Shown here: in pieces, positions 9,655 through 18,423 of the stretch | Layout: each line of letters begins with the position of its first letter | Numbering within the stretch: the first letter of the stretch is position 1 | Origin: Dehalococcoidia bacterium | GTDB lineage: Bacteria > Chloroflexota > Dehalococcoidia > Plut-88900 | DNA length: 64,000 bases | Assembly (NCBI GenBank): GCA_965249275.1 | Contig: CBDFLQ010000005.1 | Coordinates: forward strand, 96,001-160,000 | Direction of reading: 5' to 3' | Notes under the pieces: model-generated | Told to the model about the DNA's origin: nothing | Seen by the model: only the letters and a program-made list of their open reading frames with translations | The model's database searches: none | Program-made: the position numbers and the translations under genes

Positions 9655-10311
9655 CTAGATTTCGCTCTCCTGAGCCTGCTGATCAAGGCTATCCCATATC
9701 TGTAAGAATGCTGCTACCTGGGCAGCCAGTCCCAATTCAAAGTCTCGGGCTGTGCGTATAGGTGGGGGAATTTCTTGGCGCCGCACATCCCATATGCCTA
9801 CGTTCCACGAGTCTGACCATTCTTGGCTGGAGCTACGGGCCATGTCCATCAGGTGAATGATGATCTGCCTAGATTGACGGCTTGGCCGATTGGCATTGAG
9901 CCACAACTTCAGCACTTCATAGTCCTGGCCGGTGCGTATACACACTTCTGGCCTAACTCCAATCGTTAGTCCATTAATGTCAACGCTGACGGGATGGACT
10001 GGCAATAATTCACCTGCTCTCTTTTTCCAGTATTCAATGTAGGCTTCACCTATTGCTAAGTAAGGTTGGCACTTGCGCTGGTCCGTCAGCCCGCTCACGA
10101 GTGAATGGAGCGCATCCTCAAAGTCTCTTATGTCCCTTGTAGCCCAATGGGTACGCCGGAGCTCCTGGAGTAAGAACCCGTAGAAGTTACGTCCCATATA
10201 GTCCTTGTAGGGATTCGCTAGTTGCATGCGGATTTCGCGGACAATTCCGACTTGAGCGGCTGGTCTCACTTCGTAGAACCGTGCAAACTGCGCCATCGAT
10301 ATTCTGGGCAT
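9655..10311 (-). CDS. Hypothetical protein, possible divergent PD-(D/E)xK nuclease
   Basis: Start MPRISMAQF preferred (promoter-like TATACT and palindromes just upstream); VRPEV...VLKLW, IWDVR. Confidence 0.6.
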   Translation of the reverse strand: MPRISMAQFARFYEVRPAAQVGIVREIRMQLANPYKDYMGRNFYGFLLQELRRTHWATRDIRDFEDALHSLVSGLTDQRKCQPYLAIGEAYIEYWKKRAGELLPVHPVSVDINGLTIGVRPEVCIRTGQDYEVLKLWLNANRPSRQSRQIIIHLMDMARSSSQEWSDSWNVGIWDVRRQEIPPPIRTARDFELGLAAQVAAFLQIWDSLDQQAQESEI

Positions 10312-10360
10312 TATCGGAACTCTCTTTTCTTGGTTGGATATCCTGTGTTCAATAGTATAC

Positions 10361-10400
10361 ACCCCATAATTTGGGGTAGCAACCCCATAATTGTGGTTAA
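10361..10400. promoter_or_regulatory. Tandem palindromic operator-like sites
   Basis: ACCCCA-TAATT-TGGGGT plus an imperfect second copy AACCCCATAATTGTGGTT next to a minus-strand TATACT. Confidence 0.5.
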
Positions 10401-10699
10401 GGTCAGATAAAGAAAGGCTTAGAACCTTACGACCATACAGGACATCTTCAAGGTAGACTTCTTTGCAGTTACGGCATGGGATGGCTATGTCGCCATGGTT
10501 CATCTGCGGAGGGCCTGCCCAAGAGGCTCCATCACATACCCGATGATGGAACCCATCCTGTTCAAACCAGAAATGGATGATGGGGCCTGCATTTCTAGCA
10601 GGCCAGATCAGGATTTCGTTCAGAGTTTGCCCTGACAATGTACAGATCAGTTTAGCCTATTAGCTCCTATACTGCGGCCGCTTTCTAGGAATTATATGG

Positions 10700-11908
10700 C
10701 TAAGCAATCCGCCTGACCATCCATCGCATTTCCTTAGCTCTCCCGTCGAGCAGATTCACCAGCGCGGTCGTCTGAAAGGTCAGCACAGACATAAGAGCGT
10801 GCAGAGTGATCTGCCGGAGTCCACGGAGACAGTGGCGCTCTAGGCGGCGCGACTCCTTGAGGGACTTGAAGACCCGCTCGATGGCTTGGCGCCGGCTGTA
10901 GAGATCACGCCACTCGGGACTGTCCCGCCGGACAGCCCCGAAGAGCCGGATATCACGCTTCGGGTCCTCCCAGACCTCTGTGTCACAGTGCCGGATGCCG
11001 CCCCGGGTGGAGGTCGCGAGATGACACCCGACACAACGGTACAGGTGGCCCCGCCGGGGATCACTTCTGACGTAGCGCATCGGGACCTGACCCAGACAGG
11101 TCGGAATCCCCAGGGCCGTATAGATGCCTTCATACAGAGCCGCTTTGGACGGCCGCCTAAGCGGGATAATTGGCAAGATGCCCTGCTGGTATAGGTACTG
11201 ATGGTTCTGCCTGGAATCGTATCCCTTGTCGGCCGTCACGACCTTTGGGCGTAGCCAATCGTGCAGGCCTTGGGCCTTGGCAATCAACGGCGGGAGTTCT
11301 GGTGAATCGCTTCGCTTGGCCGTTGTGACTATCTGGGTCAACGGTATCCCGTACCTGGAGTCCGCCACCATGTGGAGCTTGTAGCCCCAGTACCATTCCT
11401 TCTGGGACTTCGCCCGGGCGCTGGTCTTGGCAGTCCAGCTGGCTTCGGGATCGCTGATGTGTGAGCGATTCGGATTGCTATGACTCCTTACGACCGTGGA
11501 GTCTACAGCGACCTCTTGGCCGAGGTCTGGCAGCAAGGAGGCGATCTCATGTGTAAGGCAGTTGAAAGCCTTCTCGACTAGGTCTGTGTGGTAAGAAAGA
11601 CGCTGGATGAATCGGTTGAACGTCGTGCGGTGGGGTAGCTGGTTGAAACCGCAAAGCTCTTTGAGAGCCAGATTGGTCTCCAGTTCCCTTATCAACGCGT
11701 TGGTATGCGGCAGGTTCAGAAGGAACGAACAGCAGTAGGCTCTCCAGAGGGCCCGTAGCGGATAGCCAGGGCGTCCGGTTGGCCGGTAGGCCTGCAGTCG
11801 GGCCAACAGGACCCGATCGTCCAAGCAATCCAGTACTGCCTGAAGGTCAGCCAGGCCATGGGTGATTTGCTCCGGCTCACGCGGAGCACTATAATCGAAA
11901 GTAGCCAC
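10700..11908 (-). CDS. DDE transposase (DUF772 + DDE_Tnp_1; IS4/IS5/IS1182-like)
   Basis: GRPGYP, VAVDST, WGYKLH, ADKGYD, YSRRQAIERVFKSLK. Confidence 0.92.
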   Translation of the reverse strand: MATFDYSAPREPEQITHGLADLQAVLDCLDDRVLLARLQAYRPTGRPGYPLRALWRAYCCSFLLNLPHTNALIRELETNLALKELCGFNQLPHRTTFNRFIQRLSYHTDLVEKAFNCLTHEIASLLPDLGQEVAVDSTVVRSHSNPNRSHISDPEASWTAKTSARAKSQKEWYWGYKLHMVADSRYGIPLTQIVTTAKRSDSPELPPLIAKAQGLHDWLRPKVVTADKGYDSRQNHQYLYQQGILPIIPLRRPSKAALYEGIYTALGIPTCLGQVPMRYVRSDPRRGHLYRCVGCHLATSTRGGIRHCDTEVWEDPKRDIRLFGAVRRDSPEWRDLYSRRQAIERVFKSLKESRRLERHCLRGLRQITLHALMSVLTFQTTALVNLLDGRAKEMRWMVRRIA

Positions 11909-12387
11909 TGGAGGTGTAATCCCGATGCAGTGGTATTTGAGGTCACCGACCTGCCAGTCGGTGGCCTCTTTACTAAGGCGGTAATTATATCAGAACGCGC
12001 ACTATCGTTCTACTATTTGGTGCCTGAAAGATGAGCGACGTGCGCATGGCCCGGACACTCTAACGTCCATCCGCTTGTCACCAGCAATGCAACCGGAATC
12101 GACACGGAAGCCCACTTCACATTGCTTAAGACGTTGATCACCGGGGATGAGGAACGCTTGTCGAAGCCCCAGGCAACGCCCACGCTCAGCATAGTCCTTG
12201 AATGGATTAGTTCTACGCTCACCCTTCAATCGAAGGGCCGAGGTGCTGCATTTCGCCTCCTTGCTAGCTACAATGGCACCCTTGCAACAGGGTATTAACT
12301 GGGTATAATGCAATATGAGGGCTTAACCGTGAGTCAAGCTCTGGCGTACGCGTGGACAGGGCAAGAACCATTTTTTGAGGAGGTGCA

Positions 12388-12816
12388 ATGGATAAGAAAG
12401 ACTTTGTTCTTTTGGCAGTGGCCGCTAGCCGGAACAAGGTTCTAACACCCGTACGGTTGCAGAAGGCACTCTTCTTGCTTGGACAAGCCCCTATCGTGCC
12501 AAAAGATTGGTACGACTTTGAGGCACACCACTACGGGCCATTTTGCCGCGCCATTTACAGGGACGCGAATAAGTTGCAGGAGGAAGGCTTGCTCATGCGC
12601 GTGCCCGTGGACCAAGGTGGATGGACAAACACCTACCTCACGGTTGACGGGGCAAAAAAGGCAGAGGAGGTGCAAAGAGACATGCCCGCCGCACATGCGG
12701 CCCATGTTGAGGCGGTTGTTGATTGGGTGGAAACGAAGTCTTTTGGCCAGCTCCTTACGTCAGTCTACGCCGCGTATCCCGATTACGCCGTCAACAGCGT
12801 ATTTCGCGGCCAGTAA
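12388..12816 (+). CDS. YwgA/Panacea(DUF4065)-like winged-helix protein, putative antitoxin or adaptor
   Basis: RLQKALFLL, YDFEAHHYGPF..IY, LLTSVYAAYP; GAGGAGG RBS. Confidence 0.7.
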   Translation: MDKKDFVLLAVAASRNKVLTPVRLQKALFLLGQAPIVPKDWYDFEAHHYGPFCRAIYRDANKLQEEGLLMRVPVDQGGWTNTYLTVDGAKKAEEVQRDMPAAHAAHVEAVVDWVETKSFGQLLTSVYAAYPDYAVNSVFRGQ

Positions 12817-12819
12817 CAT

Positions 12820-13599
12820 ATGACCCTAATCGTCGGAATCAAATGTTTAGATGGGGTAGTAATGGGAGCGGACAGCGCTGCTACACTAGGCCCGGCGATC
12901 CTTGGTCAGCCCACAGTCACCCAGACCGCAGCAAAGCTACGCCTTGTGGATGATGCCATCATCGTAGGCGTCTCTGGGCCACTAGGATTAGCCCAACTGT
13001 ACGGCGAGCGCATAGACCATGCTTGGCGAAACATGGATCTGGGAAACACCAAGATAACTATGCCAGATGCACAGCGCAGGATTCGGGACGGGCTGCTTCC
13101 TGATATGGGCCAATCGGTCACTGTAGCGAAAGCGGCAGGCTTGCCAGCGATGGCTCTCACGAGTACTTTAGTTGCTCTACCGATAGGCGGGATTAAGGGT
13201 GAGCATGGTCTTATCTATTGCGACAACATAGGCACACCAGAGGCTATGGAGGATATACCCTTCGCTGCCATCGGCAGCGGACAGTCCCTTGCGGACCCCT
13301 TTTTAGCGTTTCTGCGCCGTGTGTTTTGGCCTGATAAGCTGCCAACATTAGCAGATGGGGTCTTTGCCGCAGTTTGGACGTTACAGCAGGCTATTGCAGT
13401 GACGCCTGGGGGAATCGGTGGACCAATTCAACTGGCGACCTTATCCAAGAAAGACGGAAAGTTGTCTGCTGAACTCATGCTAAGCGACGTTCTTGGAGAG
13501 CATCTGGAAAATATCAAACGGGCGGAACAATATCTTGCAGCTTTTGCGACGGAATCTCCAAGCGCAGCAAGTGACCCGCCTTCTTTCCCTCACAAATAA
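12820..13599 (+). CDS. Proteasome-beta/HslV-like Ntn threonine protease
   Basis: M-TLIVGIKCLDGVVMGADS gives Thr1 and Asp17; Lys38; GVSG, AIGSG, GGIGGP motifs. Confidence 0.85.
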   Translation: MTLIVGIKCLDGVVMGADSAATLGPAILGQPTVTQTAAKLRLVDDAIIVGVSGPLGLAQLYGERIDHAWRNMDLGNTKITMPDAQRRIRDGLLPDMGQSVTVAKAAGLPAMALTSTLVALPIGGIKGEHGLIYCDNIGTPEAMEDIPFAAIGSGQSLADPFLAFLRRVFWPDKLPTLADGVFAAVWTLQQAIAVTPGGIGGPIQLATLSKKDGKLSAELMLSDVLGEHLENIKRAEQYLAAFATESPSAASDPPSFPHK

Positions 13600-13703
13600 C
13601 CCCAATTCCCTTAATATAAGGTTATGCACCCGCCCGCTCTCGGAAAGCCGGTTTACAACGAGCCGGATAAACATAAAAACAATTAAGCACTTCTCTCTGA
13701 AAG

Positions 13704-13943
13704 ATGAGCTACATAGTCGTCGTAGAGACCGTCAGGTGGACCAAGTATCCAACCCAATTAGCGACTCTGCACCTACCAGGACGGCGCTGCTCGGCTCGGT
13801 ATCGAGACGCCGATAATCCAGACCTTGACTACACCCAGGCCTTCGAAACTCCGGAGCAGGCTCAGGAGTTCGTAGACATCATCGGGATAAAGATGGAACC
13901 CTGCTTGACCTGCCGACCACTGCACGACCGGGATGCAATCTGA
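13704..13943 (+). CDS. Small His/Cys (zinc-binding?) hypothetical protein
   Basis: TLHLPGRRC...PCLTCRP; stop overlaps the right TIR. Confidence 0.5.
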   Translation: MSYIVVVETVRWTKYPTQLATLHLPGRRCSARYRDADNPDLDYTQAFETPEQAQEFVDIIGIKMEPCLTCRPLHDRDAI

Positions 13944-13971
13944 GTTTTGCACTCGCCTCGAGACTCTTTTA

Positions 13972-14009
13972 CCCTCTCCCTCGATGGGAGAGGGCTAGGG
14001 TGAGGGTGA
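13972..14009. repeat. REP-like family B (CCCTCTCCC.....GGGAGAGGG..AGGGTGAGGGT)
   Basis: Copies at ~13972, 16113, 19252 (split by IS481), 21269, 59004, 59299. Confidence 0.8.
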
Positions 14010-14126
14010 TCCCCGTCCCCCGCCCCAATCCCCCCAGGGGCGGCCGGCCGGTCGCCCTGCCCGCCACTCACGCCCCGTGACACCAACCCTCTGATCCCGT
14101 TCACATAGAGGAGTGACACAACCCCC

Positions 14127-14156
14127 TTGACACGATACGTACCTATGTTCTATATT
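14127..14156 (+). promoter_or_regulatory. sigma70 promoter with LexA-type box
   Basis: TTGACA-18-TATATT with GTAC-CTAT-GTTC at 14139-14150. Confidence 0.7.
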
Positions 14157-14872
14157 AGGCCAGGTCTAGACTACCTAACCCAACCACCTTAAGGAGGAAT
14201 CACAACCCAGGGGGGAACCCCAGCCCCGGCCCATAACAAGGACTCAACGTCCAAGCCCATCCCAACGGTCGCCTAGCGACCCGCGGCTCAAGCAAACGCC
14301 GCCATCTCCTCGACTAAGGCCCCGGCTATCCCTTCCCTCTGTCCCCCAGGCGATGGAAAGACGCCCTGGTTCGCTATCGTTCCATGTGAGGCTCCTAACG
14401 GAGATGCCGCTCCTTCAAGCGGAATAGCGGTCGGATAGGCCCGGCGCCGAGGCCCTCTCGGTACACCGTCCGCTTAATCAAGCCGGGAGCCGGTGGTCTA
14501 CGCGCTCCGGGTCGCACCGGCAAACTTGGACACATTACGCCTGCAAGAGGCCCGGCATCGGACGCTGGACGGGCCTCCTAGCCGCCCTATAGCGGTGCAG
14601 CCAACCCCCCGGAGTCGGACTCGGACCTGCTGGCCCTGAAGGTCCCTGCCCATGTCCGGCGTATACAGGGCCAAAGGCCGCAGCAGCGGCAAAAGCGGGC
14701 CGGACGCCCTTGCCCCAGGGCGTCGGAGCACCCGAAGCACATGAACGGGGGTAGCGTCCAGCCAGCGTCTTCCATCGCCAATCCCCTCCCAACAGACAGA
14801 ACCGAAACCCACAAACCCCACAACTGAATAAAATCCCGGCGTGTCACTAATCTACCGAACGGCTGCACGGGC

Positions 14873-15045
14873 TTGAACCCCACCCCGCCACCCGCTACAA
14901 TAGCCCCCGCAGCCGACCGCGAGCGGCGGTAAGCATCACAGCCCCGAGCCATACATAGACCCAATGGCCGGCATCCATATAGAGCCGGACCGGGTTGACC
15001 ATACAGGTATAGCGAACCCTCGCGGTCGGGTTGCGAGGGTTTTTG
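14873..15045 (+). promoter_or_regulatory. Promoter plus structured leader with alternative terminator/antiterminator
   Basis: TTGAAC-17-TACAAT; 14913-14923 complementary to 15019-15029; terminator 15015-15023/15033-15041 followed by TTT. Confidence 0.7.
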
Positions 15046-16020
15046 TTGTACGACACGATTACCGACGTACCAGGCGTTCAGGTCGGTCATTACACCGACC
15101 CGGTAGCCGTCACGGGCTGCACCGTGGTCCTCTGCCCAGAGGGCGCGGTCGGCGGCGTCGATGTTCGTGGCGCCGCACCCGGCACCCGTGAGACCGACCT
15201 TCTTCGACCCCTTAACCTTGTCCAGCAGGCCCACGCCGTTGTCCTCAGTGGAGGCAGCGCCTACGGTCTAGCCGCCGCCGACGGGGTGATGACCTACCTC
15301 GAAGAGCGTGGCATAGGCTTTCCCGTCGGCGTCGGCGTCGTACCCATAGTGGCCTCGGCCATCCTCTTCGACCTGGCCATCGGCGACCCCACCGTCCGCC
15401 CCCGCCCCGAGAACGGCTACCAGGCCTGCGCCGCCGCCGACTCCACGGCCCCCACCCAAGGCTCGGTGGGTGCAGGTACGGGCGCAACAGTCGGCAAAGC
15501 CCTCGGCCCCGACCGTGCTGTTAAGGGCGGCCTCGGCTGCTCCAGCCGACGGGTTGGCGATTACGTCGTCGGTGCCATCGTCGCAGTCAACGCGCTTGGC
15601 AGCATCTTCAACGCCGAGACCGGACGCTTGGTCGCGGGCCCCCGAGGCGCGGACAACCTCGGCTTCCTGGACAGCGTCGATCTGTTGGAGAGCGCGGCGG
15701 CCCCGGTAGAGGCCTCGGCCCTCCGCAACACTACCCTCGCCGTCGTCGCCACCGACGCCCCTCTCACCAAGGAGCAGGCCAACAAGGTCGCGCAAATGGC
15801 CCACGACGGCCTCGCCATGGCAATCCGGCCCGCCCACACCATGTATGACGGCGACGTCGTCTTCGCCCTGTCCACCGGCAAAGCCACCCCCATCCCCGAC
15901 GTCACCCCCTTCGGCGCCGCCGCCGCCCGAGCCCTCAGCAGCGCCATACTCAAAGCCGTAATCGAGGCCTCGGGCCTGGGGGGCGTCCCCTCAGTCTCAG
16001 ATTTGAAGGTCAATGTCTAA
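15046..16020 (+). CDS. P1/S58 (DmpA-family) autoproteolytic hydrolase
   Basis: ITDVPGVQVGH, GAAPGTRETDLL, GGSAYGL, RN/TTL cleavage site, HTMYDGDVVF. Confidence 0.9.
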   Translation: MYDTITDVPGVQVGHYTDPVAVTGCTVVLCPEGAVGGVDVRGAAPGTRETDLLRPLNLVQQAHAVVLSGGSAYGLAAADGVMTYLEERGIGFPVGVGVVPIVASAILFDLAIGDPTVRPRPENGYQACAAADSTAPTQGSVGAGTGATVGKALGPDRAVKGGLGCSSRRVGDYVVGAIVAVNALGSIFNAETGRLVAGPRGADNLGFLDSVDLLESAAAPVEASALRNTTLAVVATDAPLTKEQANKVAQMAHDGLAMAIRPAHTMYDGDVVFALSTGKATPIPDVTPFGAAAARALSSAILKAVIEASGLGGVPSVSDLKVNV

Positions 16021-16189
16021 ACGTATTCAAGGAGTATTGATAACCTACCTAAATACGGGGGGTGTAGAGGGGCCCAGCCCCTTTGCCCGGATTCTGAAGA
16101 AGAGGTCCAGTCCCCTCTCCCTTGATGGGAGAGGGTTAGGGTGAGGGTGTTTCCGAACCACAAGGCAGGACTGGAAGAGTTCTTTCATA

Positions 16190-16523
16190 GCCCGTAGGTA
16201 GCAAGGTGCATGACAAAGGTTCCTGGAGTATTGACAGCCTACCGAAATACAGGGTGCGCAGAGGGGCGAAGCCCCTTTGCCGGTAGTCTGAGGGTGTCCC
16301 TCAGATATAACTTTCTCTTTCTCCCTTTCCGGGAGGAGACCCTGGCCCGTAGGTAGCAAGGTGCATGACAAAGGTTCACCAAGTATTGACAGCCTACCGA
16401 AATACAGAGTGTGCAGAGGGGCGAAGCCCTCTTTGCCGGGAGTCTGAGGGTGTCCCTCAGATACAACTCCCTTTTCCTTCCTTTCCGGGAGGAGACCCTG
16501 GCCCGTAGGTAGCAAGGTGCATG
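16190..16523 (+). repeat. ~155-bp tandem repeat (2 full copies + partial third) upstream of panB
   Basis: GCCCGTAGGTAGCAAGGTGCATG at 16190, 16345, 16501; degenerate partial copy at ~16030-16090. Confidence 0.9.
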
Positions 16524-16537
16524 GCAAGGAGAATCGA

Positions 16538-17374
16538 ATGAGGACCACCACGGCATCCATCATCAAGATGAAGCGGAACGGCGAGAAGATCCCCATGCTC
16601 ACCGCCTACGACTATCCGACCGCCAAGCTCCTCGACGAGCTGGGCATTCCCATGATCCTCGTCGGCGATAGCCTTGGTATGGTCGTCCTCGGCTACGAGT
16701 CGACCGTCTTCGTCACCATGGATGACATGGTCCACCACACCAAGGCCGTGGCCCGGGGCGCCAAACGCTCCCTCATCGTCTCCGATTTGCCCTTCATGAG
16801 CTACCGTCAGGGGAAGAAGGAAGCCCTTACAAACGCCGCCAGACTTCTCCAGGAGGGCGGCGCCCAGGCCGTCAAGCTCGAGGGTGGTGAGTCCGTCGCC
16901 GACACCGTGCACCACATCGTCGAAAACGGCATCCCGGTCATGGGTCACATCGGGCTCACGCCCCAGTCGGTGAACCAGCTCGGTGGCTACCGCTGCCAGG
17001 GCAAGACCCCCGAAAAAGCTGCCCAGCTTCTCAGAGACGCCAAGGCCCTGGAGGATGCAGGCGCATTCTCTATAGTCCTCGAATGCGTCCCCGCTCCCTT
17101 GGCTCAACTCATAACCGAACGAGTCTCCATCCCGACCATCGGCATCGGCGCCGGTGTCTACTGCGACGGCCAGGTACAGGTGATTAACGACATCCTCGCC
17201 ACCTGCCCCGACTACACACCCAGGCACGCTCGAACCTACGCATCCGTCGGCAGCTCCACCACCGACGCCATAGCCCGCTACCGGGACGACGTCCGTGGCT
17301 CTAGTTTCCCCACCGAGAAGCAGAGCTTCACCATGGATCCCAGCGTTCTCTCCGAGCTCCTGCAGTACGCCTAG
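16538..17374 (+). CDS. panB: 3-methyl-2-oxobutanoate hydroxymethyltransferase
   Basis: MLTAYDY, LVGDSLGM, AVKLEGG, GHIGLTPQS, IGIGAG..CDGQV. Confidence 0.97.
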   Translation: MRTTTASIIKMKRNGEKIPMLTAYDYPTAKLLDELGIPMILVGDSLGMVVLGYESTVFVTMDDMVHHTKAVARGAKRSLIVSDLPFMSYRQGKKEALTNAARLLQEGGAQAVKLEGGESVADTVHHIVENGIPVMGHIGLTPQSVNQLGGYRCQGKTPEKAAQLLRDAKALEDAGAFSIVLECVPAPLAQLITERVSIPTIGIGAGVYCDGQVQVINDILATCPDYTPRHARTYASVGSSTTDAIARYRDDVRGSSFPTEKQSFTMDPSVLSELLQYA

Positions 17375-17386
17375 CCCTCCCCGCAT

Positions 17387-18223
17387 ATGCAGGTCCTGGA
17401 CACCATCACCGCATTCAGAACAGCCCGAGCCTCGGCCCCCGGCACCCTCGGCCTGGTCCCGACCATGGGCTACCTCCACCGGGGTCACATGGCCCTCGTC
17501 GAGCGCTCCGCTGCGGAGAATGACGTAGTAGCCGCCTCCATCTTCGTCAACCCGACCCAGTTCGGCGCGGGCGAAGACTTCGCCTTCTACCCCCGAGACC
17601 TCGACCGCGACCTCAGCATGCTCGAAAAGGCCGGTGTGTCGCTGGTCCTCACTCCCACTCCCGACGAGATGTACCGACCGGGTGCCGAGACCAAGGTCAA
17701 CCCCGGCCCTATCGCCACCCTCCATGAAGGGGCCTCGAGACCCGGGCATTTCGTCGGCGTGGCGACCGTCGTGGCCAAGCTGTTCCATATCGTCAAGCCT
17801 GACAGGGCCTACTTCGGGCAGAAGGACGCCCAGCAGCTCGTCATCATCAAGCGGATGGCCCGGGACCTGGACTTCGACCTGGAGGTGGTCGGTGTCCCAA
17901 CTGTCCGTGAGCCCGACGGCCTGGCCATCAGCAGCAGAAACGTCTACCTGGACCCCGACCAGCGCCGGGCCGCAACCGTCCTCTGGAAAGCCCTCGACAC
18001 CGCCCAGTCCCTCTGCCGCGATGGCATTCTCTCCTGCCCCGAGATCAAGGCCGAGATGTCCCGCATCATCGGCGAGGAGCCCCTGACCCGCCTAGACTAC
18101 GCAACCATCGCCCACCCCGAGACCCTTGAAGACCTCACTACCGTACAGGACGGCGCCCTCGCCCTCCTCGCCGTCCAAATAGGCAACACCCGCCTCATAG
18201 ACAACCTCCCCCTTATCCTCTAG
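17387..18223 (+). CDS. panC: Pantoate--beta-alanine ligase
   Basis: VPTMGYLHRGH, SIFVNPTQF, FGQKDAQQ, SSRN, RLIDN. Confidence 0.97.
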   Translation: MQVLDTITAFRTARASAPGTLGLVPTMGYLHRGHMALVERSAAENDVVAASIFVNPTQFGAGEDFAFYPRDLDRDLSMLEKAGVSLVLTPTPDEMYRPGAETKVNPGPIATLHEGASRPGHFVGVATVVAKLFHIVKPDRAYFGQKDAQQLVIIKRMARDLDFDLEVVGVPTVREPDGLAISSRNVYLDPDQRRAATVLWKALDTAQSLCRDGILSCPEIKAEMSRIIGEEPLTRLDYATIAHPETLEDLTTVQDGALALLAVQIGNTRLIDNLPLIL

Positions 18224-18423
18224 CCCTTGTTCCTGTGTCATCCCGAGGCCCCGCGAGGGATCTAGGACTTGCCCGTCCACATCTCTCCCTTGGGGAGGGG
18301 GGTCCGCTCACCCTGAGCAGAGTCGAAGGGTATCAAGAGTGGAACAGGGTGGGGCCTCCCACCCCCCCACTATGCTAAAATCTTCCCGCATTCCCCACCC
18401 CCAAACACGGAGCACCCCCGACC

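Larger units (their letters stand above)
6980..13959. mobile_element. Cargo-carrying transposon with 18-bp TIRs and 10-bp TSD
   Basis: Left GAGGCAAGTGCAAAACTC (6980-6997), right GAGTTTTGCACTCGCCTC (13942-13959), 17/18 match; GAGACTCTTT repeated at 6970-6979 and 13960-13969. Confidence 0.88.

Noticed and set aside
10312-10638. N-terminal extension of the 9655 ORF
   Set aside because: It contains promoter-like and palindromic operator sequences and begins at a weak TTG, so it is probably non-coding or a remnant.
10678-12000. Own TIRs/TSD for the internal DDE transposase
   Set aside because: Only a weak imperfect match (CGCTTTCTAGGAATT vs AATTATATCAGAACGCG) and no target duplication; the ends were not called.
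12820-13599. Protease as the Anbu partner of the ATP-grasp/alpha-E operon
   Set aside because: It lies ~35 kb away in a mobile element and lacks Anbu-typical N-terminal motifs (TYC, TNAG), so no link is supportable.
16333-16365. SAM-I riboswitch or SRP RNA resemblance (CTGGCCC...AAGGTGC; GGTAGCA)
   Set aside because: It lacks the SAM-I ATC/GAT P1 and GCAACC, and it lacks the SRP CAGG/GNRA geometry.
16190-16523. CRISPR array
   Set aside because: The intervening sequences are near-identical and the period is ~155 bp; no cas genes are present. It is a tandem duplication.
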